Shown here one piece after another: positions 41,875 to 50,894 of a stretch of DNA of 64,000 bases. The first letter of the stretch is position 1, and each line of letters starts with the position of its first letter. The position numbers and the translations under genes were made by a program. Source of the stretch: Promethearchaeota archaeon (GTDB lineage Archaea; Asgardarchaeota; Lokiarchaeia; Sigyniarchaeales; SOKP01); the NCBI GenBank assembly GCA_048938025.1, contig JBHLMP010000008.1, positions 1 through 64,000 on the forward strand. The letters are read 5' to 3'. The notes under the pieces are model-generated. The model was not told where the DNA came from. It saw only the letters and a list, made by a program, of their open reading frames with translations, and ran no database searches.

Positions 41875-42753
41875 TTAATTAACGGTATTATACTCTTTAT
41901 TATTTTTACTTTCTCGTATAATGAATTTTCCATTATAGAAGTAAGAGGTAAGGCGGTTATTAAAAACCCAATCTTTTCCAAACTCATCCCTAAAATCCCG
42001 AAACAAATCATTGGTAAGAAATTTACAATTTTCTCTTCTTGCAACTTCTAAAATCCATTCATCTGCTTTCGTGCCCGCCGGAGATTGGTTTAAGATTCCT
42101 TTCTCCTCGAGAGCATCATAGTGATCATAAGAGTTCAAATGATGTCTCATACTTGCATCGGCAATCATATAGGGTTCATAACCAAGTTCTACTACTGCAT
42201 TATAGACTTTTAAAATATTTTCGATTTTTAGCTTTTCATTTTCATCTTTATCCAAATTCAGAATATTAGTAATATCTACCACCAACTTCTTTTTTATTTC
42301 TTTAGAACATTGACTTTGATTTTGATTTTCGAAATGATCTTTCTGGATTAGCTGTGAGACCTCTAAAATTTCCTTGATATTATCTAAATTTTCAGGACTT
42401 TTTTTCTCTTTTAGATTTTTATAAATGATCATCAGCCTTTTTGCGATAATTTTTAAGAGTTCCTCTCTTTCTTTTATTTGCTCTACTAAACTTCCATCTC
42501 TTTCAGATTGCAAAGATTCATTACTGAAATTACTATTAATCGATTCCTTGACATAGAAGGGAAAAAATTCGAGGAGTTCTTCCATAATGCGAATTCGATT
42601 TCTAAAAATATGATTGCGTAAATCTTTTGGGGATATTATTTTCAAGGAGACTTGATTTATTTTCTGTTTTAAAATATTCAACTCTTTCTCGCTAAAGAAG
42701 ATTTTTTCCAATAATGCATTAAAAATATGTTCTTGCGATTCTGGTACACTCAT
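41875..42753 (-). CDS. NYN/PIN ribonuclease (Zc3h12a/Regnase-like) with helical N-terminus
   Basis: VVDITNI, IADAS, ADEWIL, LTNDLFRDF acidic active-site motifs. Start placed at ATG 42753 (MSVPE) rather than track start 42801. Confidence 0.8.
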   Translation of the reverse strand: MSVPESQEHIFNALLEKIFFSEKELNILKQKINQVSLKIISPKDLRNHIFRNRIRIMEELLEFFPFYVKESINSNFSNESLQSERDGSLVEQIKEREELLKIIAKRLMIIYKNLKEKKSPENLDNIKEILEVSQLIQKDHFENQNQSQCSKEIKKKLVVDITNILNLDKDENEKLKIENILKVYNAVVELGYEPYMIADASMRHHLNSYDHYDALEEKGILNQSPAGTKADEWILEVARRENCKFLTNDLFRDFRDEFGKDWVFNNRLTSYFYNGKFIIRESKNNKEYNTVN

Positions 42754-42766
42754 AAGTTTGCCCACT

Positions 42767-45700
42767 TTATGCTTTATTAATATATAATTGAATTTTTTCA
42801 AAAAATTGAGAATAATAGGTATACATTTCGATTACTAATTCCTTGAGATTCTCTTCGTCAAAATTAATGATTTGGTATTGTTCTAAATAATCATGTAATT
42901 CCTCTTGAGTAAAGAGAATATCGGGATTTTTGGATATTTCTGTAATAAACTTCTCTAAATCTTTGGTAGTAACTATGTAATCAGCGTTGTAGAAATGCTT
43001 ATAAACACTCATAAGGAATTTTTTAATTAAATTATGCAGTATTTTTAATGCATTTTGATACTCCTTATGATTGATAAAAGAGTGTGCCTTGAAAATTGTC
43101 CAATAAAGATCACTAAATTCGCGAGCAAAAGCCTCTTTTAGATTCCTTTTTTTAATAATATAGGTTCGATCTTGGTTTTGTAGCATCTTCTTATAATCGA
43201 ACGGTTCTTGAGACTCCTTTTCTAAAACATCTACAGAGATTTCCAGCTCAGCTTTTATTTGGTAGTAATCCTCAATTGCTTTATCAAGCTGATCCCCTAC
43301 AGAATAAGAGGTTCTTATTGCTTCTGAACCACCTGCTTTTTTAGGATGATTCTCAACTAAATACCTGTGCCTCACTAAGATCCCAAACAATTGTTCCACT
43401 AACTTAACTATCTCTGGATTGGTATATTGTCGTTTTTTTGCCTTGGGAGCAATATATTGTTTTAGCTCCTCCTTGATCTTTTTCTTATATAAATTGCCTA
43501 TTTGGTCAACGGTTTTTAAATGCTCTAAAAATTGTTGAATTTCATCAAGATATAAGACATAGCTCCCTAAATCCTTTTCAAATATCGTTTGTTTTGTTTG
43601 TTGTAATATCTGTTGTTCTGTCGATTTTAAGTCATATCCTTGCCCTTTCATAAAGTGAATGATTTCTTCTGTCTTTAATAAATTTATAACTTTTAGATTA
43701 GACCATGTTAACTTTGCCGGAAAAGGCTGATAAATGTCACTTCGCTTAACAATTACTTCATCATCTTTTAAATTCATTAAATAATCGATTTGATAGGTAT
43801 TGTTACGGGAAGAAGTATAATACCCTCTTCCTACTAATTCCTGTAAATTCATTTGATTCTTTAATACCCCAATATCCTTGGAGTCTGTAGCTCTAAAGGT
43901 AAGATGATTAGTTAAACATTTGAATAAGTTAGGATGAAGGTAGTGGATTTGGTTAGCAGAAAAGATTAAGCCAAACTTATTTTGAAGTAGAGGATCTAAA
44001 AAGGTATTGATTATTCCATAGTTTATTTTTTGCTCAATATGATTATTATCAAAAAAGAGGTCGATGTGCGGAATAACTAATATTTTTGGTATAAACTCAC
44101 GCGAATTCTTTATGTAATGTAAAAATTTAGAAACAATGATAAATGTAAAGAAGAGCTGCTTTCTAAAGTCATTAGAGATAGACAAATCAAGAATTATGGT
44201 TTTCTCATTAGTTATGAACTTAAGGGGGGAAATAGTACAATTAGAACCTTTATGAGAAGAGAAGAAAAGGGTAAGATCTTCCTGAGAAAAATCACTAAAT
44301 AAGCTGGTTAAAGTATAGTTCATTGGTCTTTTCTCCCATTCTCTCTGATTAAGGAGTTCTAAGCTTAAAGAGGGAAGGTCCATGTCTGGGTGTTTCTGAA
44401 TATTAGTACGAAATATGTCTACGGTTCTTTCATCTTTCTTAAACGCTAAGGCATAGGAATCATACATATATTCCAGATACTGTATATTATTTGGATCATA
44501 AGGGATATCTGATTGAAGGGGATCTAAGGTAAATGCGCTTCCTAGCTTAAAATATAAGAGATCGTTCTCAAATCGTGAATCTTTAAAGTAAGCAATTAAT
44601 TTTGACCAAGTACCATTAAAATCAAAAATTATGGAAGGGACATTAACTTTCACCAACTCTGAGACAATTTTCATACATGCTAGGTCTCTACTTTTTAGTG
44701 TACCATTGGTAATGAGAAGATTTTTTAATTGATCTAATAGTAATCCAAAAGGTATTTCTTCTTCAAGTACCTCAGTATTAACAGTATGCCCAATCGTGAT
44801 AAAATTCGGTAGATGAAGGGGGGTGTTAAACTCGGCAGCAATTCGAGTCTCAACTCCTTTTTTAAGAATATCCACTATTCTTGTAAGGTTTATCAAGATT
44901 TTCCCTTGAAATAGGATATAATTTAAATGAGTGCCATTTAGTCGAGTAAATTTATTTTTAATAGTCTCACATAAATATCCCGAAACAAGTTTTCGTTTCT
45001 GAAGCTCGACCAGTTTATAATTTAAGAAATTCATGTGGAAAGCATTTTTCACTAGGTTTATGTCGGATCGTAATTTTTCTTCCAGTTTCATTATATGCTC
45101 TACTTTAACTGAATTAACTAACTTGTTGCTTGAGGTTGATAGAAGTAAGATGGTTCTCCACATTCCAGAGCATCTATTTAACCAATTGAGTTCATCTTGA
45201 GTGGTCTTTAAGCCATGCTCTTCTTTATATAATAACTTATCAATTACATCTTCTTTTAAGTATTTGAAACCTTCTTTATAGAATCTATAGAATGAGATAG
45301 GAGTATTTATGGCAGTAAATGTAAAGGGAATCTTTTGGCTCATTAATGCTTGGTAAAATTTATCTGCACTTCCATAGGCAGGGGGAGAGGCATAATGAAG
45401 GTTAAGCAGTTTGCGATTTATAAGAATTCTATTATCAACAAGAAGAAAAATACTATCAGGGATTTTTCTAAAACAAAAAAAATCAATATCCTTAAAGGGA
45501 TAAATAAGACTTATCTCTTCATTATTCAGTAGTTGTTTTTTCGATACTTGAAATAAGAGTTCCCTCCACCATAGAATACAAATTATCCCAATTAGAGACG
45601 TATTGAAAAACAGGACAAATCCAAAACCAAAATTATTGACTAATAAAAGATAATCACAAGTTACCATTAAAAGACTACAAAATAAGAGTTTAGCAATTAA

Positions 45701-46567
45701 AAAGGATCGATGATTATTAAAAAAATAAAAGTCTGTATCAATCTCTGATTTATAAGTTCCATTATCCCTAATAAAGTGAGTTCTCAATGCGTTGAGTAAT
45801 CGTGTTCCTGAAAGAAGTGCGATCCTATAATGATGAAAGTTACATATAAAATCTGATTTTAATTTGGATGTGATTTGATCTAACTTGTATTTTAAAAGCT
45901 CCCTTTTACTCTCTCGCAAAATACCTTTTATCATATAATAAACACTAAAATAAATGAACGTCTCAATCGATTCTTGAGAACCGACTGCAATATCTCTTGA
46001 TATTGAGCGCTTAATATAGTATGGATTTTGAACTACCTGATAAGAATAAGGAGTTAGACTACTCCCCTCACTTAGTGATCGAATGAAAGTATCGATTGCC
46101 GCATGAACATTTTCCGGTAAAACTTCGATTTTGAATAATCGTAAACCGATATGCGTTAAATCTTGTTTATTCGAAAGATATACTATCGTTGGATTGTCTT
46201 TTTCTTGCCAAAAGATCATTTTTTCGAACGGATTAAAGGACCTAAACTTACCGAATGTATAGGAAAAAAGGGAACTTAGACTAAAAAATTGGTCTTGAAA
46301 TGTTATGAAAAATAGGATAAGTATTATTATTCCTACTCCCGTACTTATCGTAAGATTGGATGTAGCCATATAAATAGAAGAAATAATGAATACTAATAAG
46401 GAGACAATAAAAATCGATTTCAGGATCGCAGTACTATTTTTAATATCTTTAAAAGAGGGATTTACTTTCCATATGAAATAATTTGCATCATCAGAACCCT
46501 CCACTTCTTCAGATTTAGATTTACTGTCTTTTGCTTTTAATTTAGAATCGTGAGATTTTGATAACAC
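42767..46567 (-). CDS. large membrane-anchored VirB4/HerA-like P-loop protein with degenerate Walker motifs
   Basis: Two TM-pair + soluble repeats, then ITIGH...LLITNG...IIFDFNGTW...LDPL...IILDLS...FGLIFSANQ...NHLTFR, the HerA/VirB4 order of elements. Likely GTG start at 46567 after GAGGTGA (track start 46624). Confidence 0.7.
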   Translation of the reverse strand: MLSKSHDSKLKAKDSKSKSEEVEGSDDANYFIWKVNPSFKDIKNSTAILKSIFIVSLLVFIISSIYMATSNLTISTGVGIIILILFFITFQDQFFSLSSLFSYTFGKFRSFNPFEKMIFWQEKDNPTIVYLSNKQDLTHIGLRLFKIEVLPENVHAAIDTFIRSLSEGSSLTPYSYQVVQNPYYIKRSISRDIAVGSQESIETFIYFSVYYMIKGILRESKRELLKYKLDQITSKLKSDFICNFHHYRIALLSGTRLLNALRTHFIRDNGTYKSEIDTDFYFFNNHRSFLIAKLLFCSLLMVTCDYLLLVNNFGFGFVLFFNTSLIGIICILWWRELLFQVSKKQLLNNEEISLIYPFKDIDFFCFRKIPDSIFLLVDNRILINRKLLNLHYASPPAYGSADKFYQALMSQKIPFTFTAINTPISFYRFYKEGFKYLKEDVIDKLLYKEEHGLKTTQDELNWLNRCSGMWRTILLLSTSSNKLVNSVKVEHIMKLEEKLRSDINLVKNAFHMNFLNYKLVELQKRKLVSGYLCETIKNKFTRLNGTHLNYILFQGKILINLTRIVDILKKGVETRIAAEFNTPLHLPNFITIGHTVNTEVLEEEIPFGLLLDQLKNLLITNGTLKSRDLACMKIVSELVKVNVPSIIFDFNGTWSKLIAYFKDSRFENDLLYFKLGSAFTLDPLQSDIPYDPNNIQYLEYMYDSYALAFKKDERTVDIFRTNIQKHPDMDLPSLSLELLNQREWEKRPMNYTLTSLFSDFSQEDLTLFFSSHKGSNCTISPLKFITNEKTIILDLSISNDFRKQLFFTFIIVSKFLHYIKNSREFIPKILVIPHIDLFFDNNHIEQKINYGIINTFLDPLLQNKFGLIFSANQIHYLHPNLFKCLTNHLTFRATDSKDIGVLKNQMNLQELVGRGYYTSSRNNTYQIDYLMNLKDDEVIVKRSDIYQPFPAKLTWSNLKVINLLKTEEIIHFMKGQGYDLKSTEQQILQQTKQTIFEKDLGSYVLYLDEIQQFLEHLKTVDQIGNLYKKKIKEELKQYIAPKAKKRQYTNPEIVKLVEQLFGILVRHRYLVENHPKKAGGSEAIRTSYSVGDQLDKAIEDYYQIKAELEISVDVLEKESQEPFDYKKMLQNQDRTYIIKKRNLKEAFAREFSDLYWTIFKAHSFINHKEYQNALKILHNLIKKFLMSVYKHFYNADYIVTTKDLEKFITEISKNPDILFTQEELHDYLEQYQIINFDEENLKELVIEMYTYYSQFFEKIQLYINKA

Positions 46568-46568
46568 C

Positions 46569-47423
46569 CTACTCACCTCTAAAGTTTTGCCAATATAGAA
46601 TGAGAAAAAAAGCAGCCACTCCAAATAATAGCAAAATGGTTAACCCGTAAGTATCAACAGTAAAGGGAAATAGCATCATTTCTATTAATACAATAAACCC
46701 AAAACAAAAAGCAACTAAAAAAAGACCAAGAATAAAATAGCCTAAAATACTCTTTAACGAGAGTTGATAGTTGATATTGTCTTTTAATGCTCCTTGGATC
46801 ACGATTTTATTTTTTCCATTCTCTTCAAGCCCTTTTTTAATCTTTTTCAAATATATTGCTTGTTCAAATGTTTTTGAGTTAAAATTCTGATTCAAGGTCT
46901 CCCGAAGGGCAATTTCTTTTTCCTTGACTTTATGGAGTATGAGGGGTTTTAATTTATTATCATTATTTCTCTTTTGTCTACCCCTTGGAGATAAGAAGGA
47001 AAATAAATTAACATTCGTCGTTTTGATAATATTATCTTCCTTTAACTGTTCATGGAGATTGGGAATGTCTAACTTTCTTAATTCATAATAAAGTAAGAAA
47101 ATTTTTTTGATATAATTATAGGGGACATCACCTCTGCTTCTAAGAAATATGATCTCATATTTTTTCAAGTTATCAATTATCTCCTCCTTAAAGATATGTA
47201 ATTTAAGGTTGGACTCGAAAACATCATTAATTAGCCTTATATATTCAAATATCTTTTCTTCTTTTTCCTTATTTCGAGGTCGCAGTCCCAGTTTGATACC
47301 AAACTCATCTATCTTATTACTTATTAAAATGAATCCAGAGACGGCTAACTTTCTATAATTTTGAGTCTCTTTACAGACTTGAATTAAATACTTTAATTTT
47401 GAATCTATTATGGTTTCATTCAT
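46569..47423 (-). CDS. membrane protein (helical soluble domain + 2 C-terminal TM)
   Basis: 284 aa; overlaps the upstream gene by 4 nt. Confidence 0.8.
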   Translation of the reverse strand: MNETIIDSKLKYLIQVCKETQNYRKLAVSGFILISNKIDEFGIKLGLRPRNKEKEEKIFEYIRLINDVFESNLKLHIFKEEIIDNLKKYEIIFLRSRGDVPYNYIKKIFLLYYELRKLDIPNLHEQLKEDNIIKTTNVNLFSFLSPRGRQKRNNDNKLKPLILHKVKEKEIALRETLNQNFNSKTFEQAIYLKKIKKGLEENGKNKIVIQGALKDNINYQLSLKSILGYFILGLFLVAFCFGFIVLIEMMLFPFTVDTYGLTILLLFGVAAFFLILYWQNFRGE

Positions 47424-48172
47424 TTCCTTACCCTCTTTTTTTGAAATTGTGAATAAGTAAGTTCTACTTCATCTTGTGGTTTTTTTTTTCCAACTTTCTG
47501 TTTTAACTCTTCTTCGGCAATGAATTTATCAAGGTCAAGAGGTTCTTGAATTTCTTGAATATATCTGCTAATAACTTTTTCCATAGAATGTTCTTCTTGC
47601 TCAAATGTAGAAATTGTTTGATAATAAAACAAGATGTAGGGAAATATAAGTATTAAAGAAAAGAGTTGAAAATAATATCCAATATTTAATGAATACACAT
47701 AGGTTATGTTAGCTTGAACATCCTCATATTTAAGATAAGGAAAATAAAGATTATTTGATAATAAGTAAGCTACGGGAAATACTAATATATAAAAACCGAC
47801 CAGTAAGAGCAAGAAAAAATTCAAAAAAGAATAATTTTTTAGTCTTTGAGGGGAATTACCTTGATCAACATCTTTTACCAATGCTATATAGACACACAAG
47901 AAGCATATACAGATGAGAACAATATGAATTATAGGGGATAGATTCAGATTATCAGGTCTAAAGACTTTATTTAGAGTAAATGCGTCTGAAAGGGGTGTAT
48001 TCCATCCTTTAAAAAGGTTATAATCCCATGAAGCAATTAAATTATTATATATGTCAAATACTTGATAACTATACCAATTTAAAAATAACGAGATAAATAA
48101 TAAGACAATCCCTACTAAAAATAATGCCTTAAAGATTTGTTTGACTTTAAGTTTGATAATTTTAAATTCCAT
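47420..48172 (-). CDS. membrane protein (4 TM with external loops)
   Basis: Four hydrophobic helices, LFLNWY motif, charged C-terminal tail; 4-nt gap to the upstream gene. Confidence 0.8.
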   Translation of the reverse strand: MEFKIIKLKVKQIFKALFLVGIVLLFISLFLNWYSYQVFDIYNNLIASWDYNLFKGWNTPLSDAFTLNKVFRPDNLNLSPIIHIVLICICFLCVYIALVKDVDQGNSPQRLKNYSFLNFFLLLLVGFYILVFPVAYLLSNNLYFPYLKYEDVQANITYVYSLNIGYYFQLFSLILIFPYILFYYQTISTFEQEEHSMEKVISRYIQEIQEPLDLDKFIAEEELKQKVGKKKPQDEVELTYSQFQKKRVRK

Positions 48173-48176
48173 TTTC

Positions 48177-50243
48177 TCAATCCTCTAAAAATGAACCATA
48201 TTTTGAAATTAATTTATCTTTCATTTTCGAATCACTCCCCTTTAGTTTAGATTCAAAGAACTCTCCTTTCTCGATTTCTGATGTTATTTTCTTTTTAGTT
48301 AAAAGATCTTCTGCTCGGTTTCTTTCTAATTGTGATATAAGAGGGAATGGCACATTCTTACCGAGACATTCATAGGAAAATTGGGCCATCAATTCAGGAG
48401 AAAATTCTTCATTGATCAATATTAGACTTGTCTCATCCAACTCAAGCAATTTTTGATAATAAGGGGTATGAAACTCTTGTTGTATTACTACTTTCTTTTT
48501 ATAAAATTTATAATATAAATATCCAACAACCACTCCATAGATAATAATTAAACCAAATCCCAAATTCATAAATACCTCAATTAGTTCAGGAACTTGGGAT
48601 AGTAATGCAAATGCAAATATTACTCCAAATCCTATAAAAGGAATTGAGTAAAGTCGTAGTTCTTCCATTAGAGATCCTGTAGCTTTAAAATAGCGTTTAA
48701 TTGAGGTCTCTTGATCATTTTGTGCTTCAATAAGATAATATTTTTTTTCGAGGTATGGCAATAGTTCAGAAAGATTTTCTAGCTCAAGAATATGTAAATT
48801 TCTATATTTTTGATACGCAAACGGAATTACCTTTTCAATTAACCCTACATTACCGTGGTTGATTATGACCGGCTCGATTAATACCTTATACTGAAGTGCT
48901 CCAACTCTAAAAAATAATTTTTTGTTGGTGATGGTTTTCTCTACAGAGATATTGAGTTTTAAATATTTTCTAAAGAATTGAAAAAGGGTTCCTTCAGATA
49001 TAAGCTCATTAAAGATGATTTCTTGAGATTGAGTAATTTTATCGAGATTTACGTTAAGTACTGTAGTTGTGGTTCGATTGTAACGTTTTCCTGTTTCATG
49101 AGAAAAATTATAATCTACAGAATCCTCTGAAATAATTAATGAACCTTTAATTGAATTTATTTTAACTGGAACGAGTAATAATAAATCTAAGAATTCATTA
49201 ACTTGAACAATTTTTACTCCTAAAAGATCAATCTTGTTAAAGATATTTTTTAAAAATGGATTGTGATTGATAAGATAATAACCATTCGAAGTAAACTCCT
49301 CTTGTATTTCTGTCTTTATGTAATTTATTTCAACAGAGGTTAATTTTTCTGTATCGTAAGTATTTACTTTCTTTTCCTCTATAATTTCGTTATGAATTTC
49401 TGTTTCAATATGAGGAAGATTCTCTATAGTTGAGGGTAAAAGGTGTTTATTTTTAATAAGATTTTCTTCCTGAAAATTGTTCTTTTCAATGATAGCATCT
49501 TCTGGTATCTGTTCATAGTCAGGTAAGTCTTCAACTTCATAAGGCTCATCATCTTTAATAAGCGGAGGAACTTGAGGTGAAGGAGGTAGAACTTTACTCT
49601 CTGAAACTTCTTGAATTTGCGGTGAATACCATATTCCAGATTTTAATCTTTTAAATTTATCATTAAACCATTGTTCATCCTTATTTGATGATTCTTCTGG
49701 ATTAGATTCTTCCTCGATTAGATTTTCTTGTACTGAGGGCTTAGTAATTGGATTTGAACCAGTAAAAGTATTTAATGTTGGAACCTTTATACTGGATTTA
49801 GCAGCATCAATAAACCTCATTGCAGTCTCCGAACCTATTCCTTTTATCCTCATAAGTCGTTCTTTACTTGTTGATGCTAATTCTTTGACAGAATTAATCC
49901 CTGCTTGATATAGTTTTTCCACAACGGACTTTCCTATTCCCTTGATAATCGTAAGATCTTCTTTGACTGATACTAACTCAGGTTTAATGATTGACTCTTG
50001 GTTCGCAAAGAGTATATCTCTTTCTTTAACACGATCCATAGAAAATTGAGCTAACTCAGTATTAAAAGAATCAAATTTTTGAGTCCATTCACCATTATTC
50101 TCCAATTGAGCTTGTCTTAGACCATTTTCAGAGATTTGTTTTGCTTGAGAGAGATTCTTTGCTTCAAATGCATCTTGTGCCAATTTATAATAGGTTTTTA
50201 GATCCAATTTTTTTTCCAATACATTTTCTGAGACATCCGTCAT
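48177..50243 (-). CDS. helix-hairpin-helix DNA-binding membrane protein
   Basis: Tandem HhH IKGIGKS...IKGIGSE, acidic/Pro linker, alpha-beta domain, 2 TM near the C-terminus. Confidence 0.8.
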   Translation of the reverse strand: MTDVSENVLEKKLDLKTYYKLAQDAFEAKNLSQAKQISENGLRQAQLENNGEWTQKFDSFNTELAQFSMDRVKERDILFANQESIIKPELVSVKEDLTIIKGIGKSVVEKLYQAGINSVKELASTSKERLMRIKGIGSETAMRFIDAAKSSIKVPTLNTFTGSNPITKPSVQENLIEEESNPEESSNKDEQWFNDKFKRLKSGIWYSPQIQEVSESKVLPPSPQVPPLIKDDEPYEVEDLPDYEQIPEDAIIEKNNFQEENLIKNKHLLPSTIENLPHIETEIHNEIIEEKKVNTYDTEKLTSVEINYIKTEIQEEFTSNGYYLINHNPFLKNIFNKIDLLGVKIVQVNEFLDLLLLVPVKINSIKGSLIISEDSVDYNFSHETGKRYNRTTTTVLNVNLDKITQSQEIIFNELISEGTLFQFFRKYLKLNISVEKTITNKKLFFRVGALQYKVLIEPVIINHGNVGLIEKVIPFAYQKYRNLHILELENLSELLPYLEKKYYLIEAQNDQETSIKRYFKATGSLMEELRLYSIPFIGFGVIFAFALLSQVPELIEVFMNLGFGLIIIYGVVVGYLYYKFYKKKVVIQQEFHTPYYQKLLELDETSLILINEEFSPELMAQFSYECLGKNVPFPLISQLERNRAEDLLTKKKITSEIEKGEFFESKLKGSDSKMKDKLISKYGSFLED

Positions 50244-50270
50244 GCGTATCGAGTACTATTATTATGTTTA

Positions 50271-50287
50271 TATTTAAAGAAAAAACA
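50271..50287 (-). promoter_or_regulatory. pyrimidine-tract/TATA promoter motif TGTTTTTTCTTTAAATA
   Basis: Ends 28 bp before the ATG of the HhH operon; identical 17-mer at 60234-60250. Confidence 0.7.
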
Positions 50288-50354
50288 ATGAAAAGAGGAT
50301 TAAGTTTTCATTTAAATAACAAGGCTGATTTATATTATAGGACAAAAAAACCTT

Positions 50355-50470
50355 GACTCCTGTCTACACCCTGAATTTTTGTCTAAGAGTGTAAGTCTTT
50401 ACACTCGGATTTCATCTTTGTCCTTCTAAATTCGTTTTAACCTTGTATTTCAGTCTTGTTGGCAGGAGTC
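50355..50470. other. structured inverted-repeat element (candidate ncRNA or MITE)
   Basis: GACTCCTGTCTACA pairs with TGTTGGCAGGAGTC; CTGAA/TTCAG inner stem; perfect 8-bp hairpin GAGTGTAA-gtct-TTACACTC. Confidence 0.5.
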
Positions 50471-50601
50471 TCCTTCTATCTTAATCCCTAGCTAATTTTT
50501 TACATCTATTTTTTTCTTTTATAAAGTATCATTTTATTTGTTTGGTAAAAATTTATAGTGATCCAACATCGTAATTGTTTATGGGAAAATTAAGGATCGT
50601 A

Positions 50602-50879
50602 ATGATATCAAGAAAAAAGCGAAAAAGAAAGTAAGATGCCCATTTTGTAAAAAAGAGATCGAAATTGGCATTAAGGTAAGTGTCTTAAAAACTTTAAATC
50701 CTAATCAATACTTTCATTGTCCCCATATTAATATTCATGGAAATCCCCTTCATGCTCTTATCTGTTATTTTAACACAGAATTAAATATCCGAAACGTAGG
50801 AGTGATTAAAAGCATAGAATTTTCAAGGGATTCTGAGACTTTTAAAGAGATGTTAAAGAATTGGACAAATCCATATTAA
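50602..50879 (+). CDS. small Zn-binding protein interrupted by a -1 frameshift (not in ORF track)
   Basis: Frame ending at TAA 50877-50879 reads KKVRCPFCKKEIEIG...HINIHGNPLHALICYFNTELNIRNVG...NPY with no in-frame ATG/GTG/TTG ahead of the CxxC. ATGs at 50581/50602 lie in another frame that joins it by a -1 shift. Confidence 0.6.
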
Positions 50880-50894
50880 CAAAGGTGACGTATT

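Noticed and set aside
50355-50470. SECIS element or tRNA
   Set aside because: No AUGA/GA core or cloverleaf T-arm, and no adjacent gene with a plausible in-frame Sec UGA.
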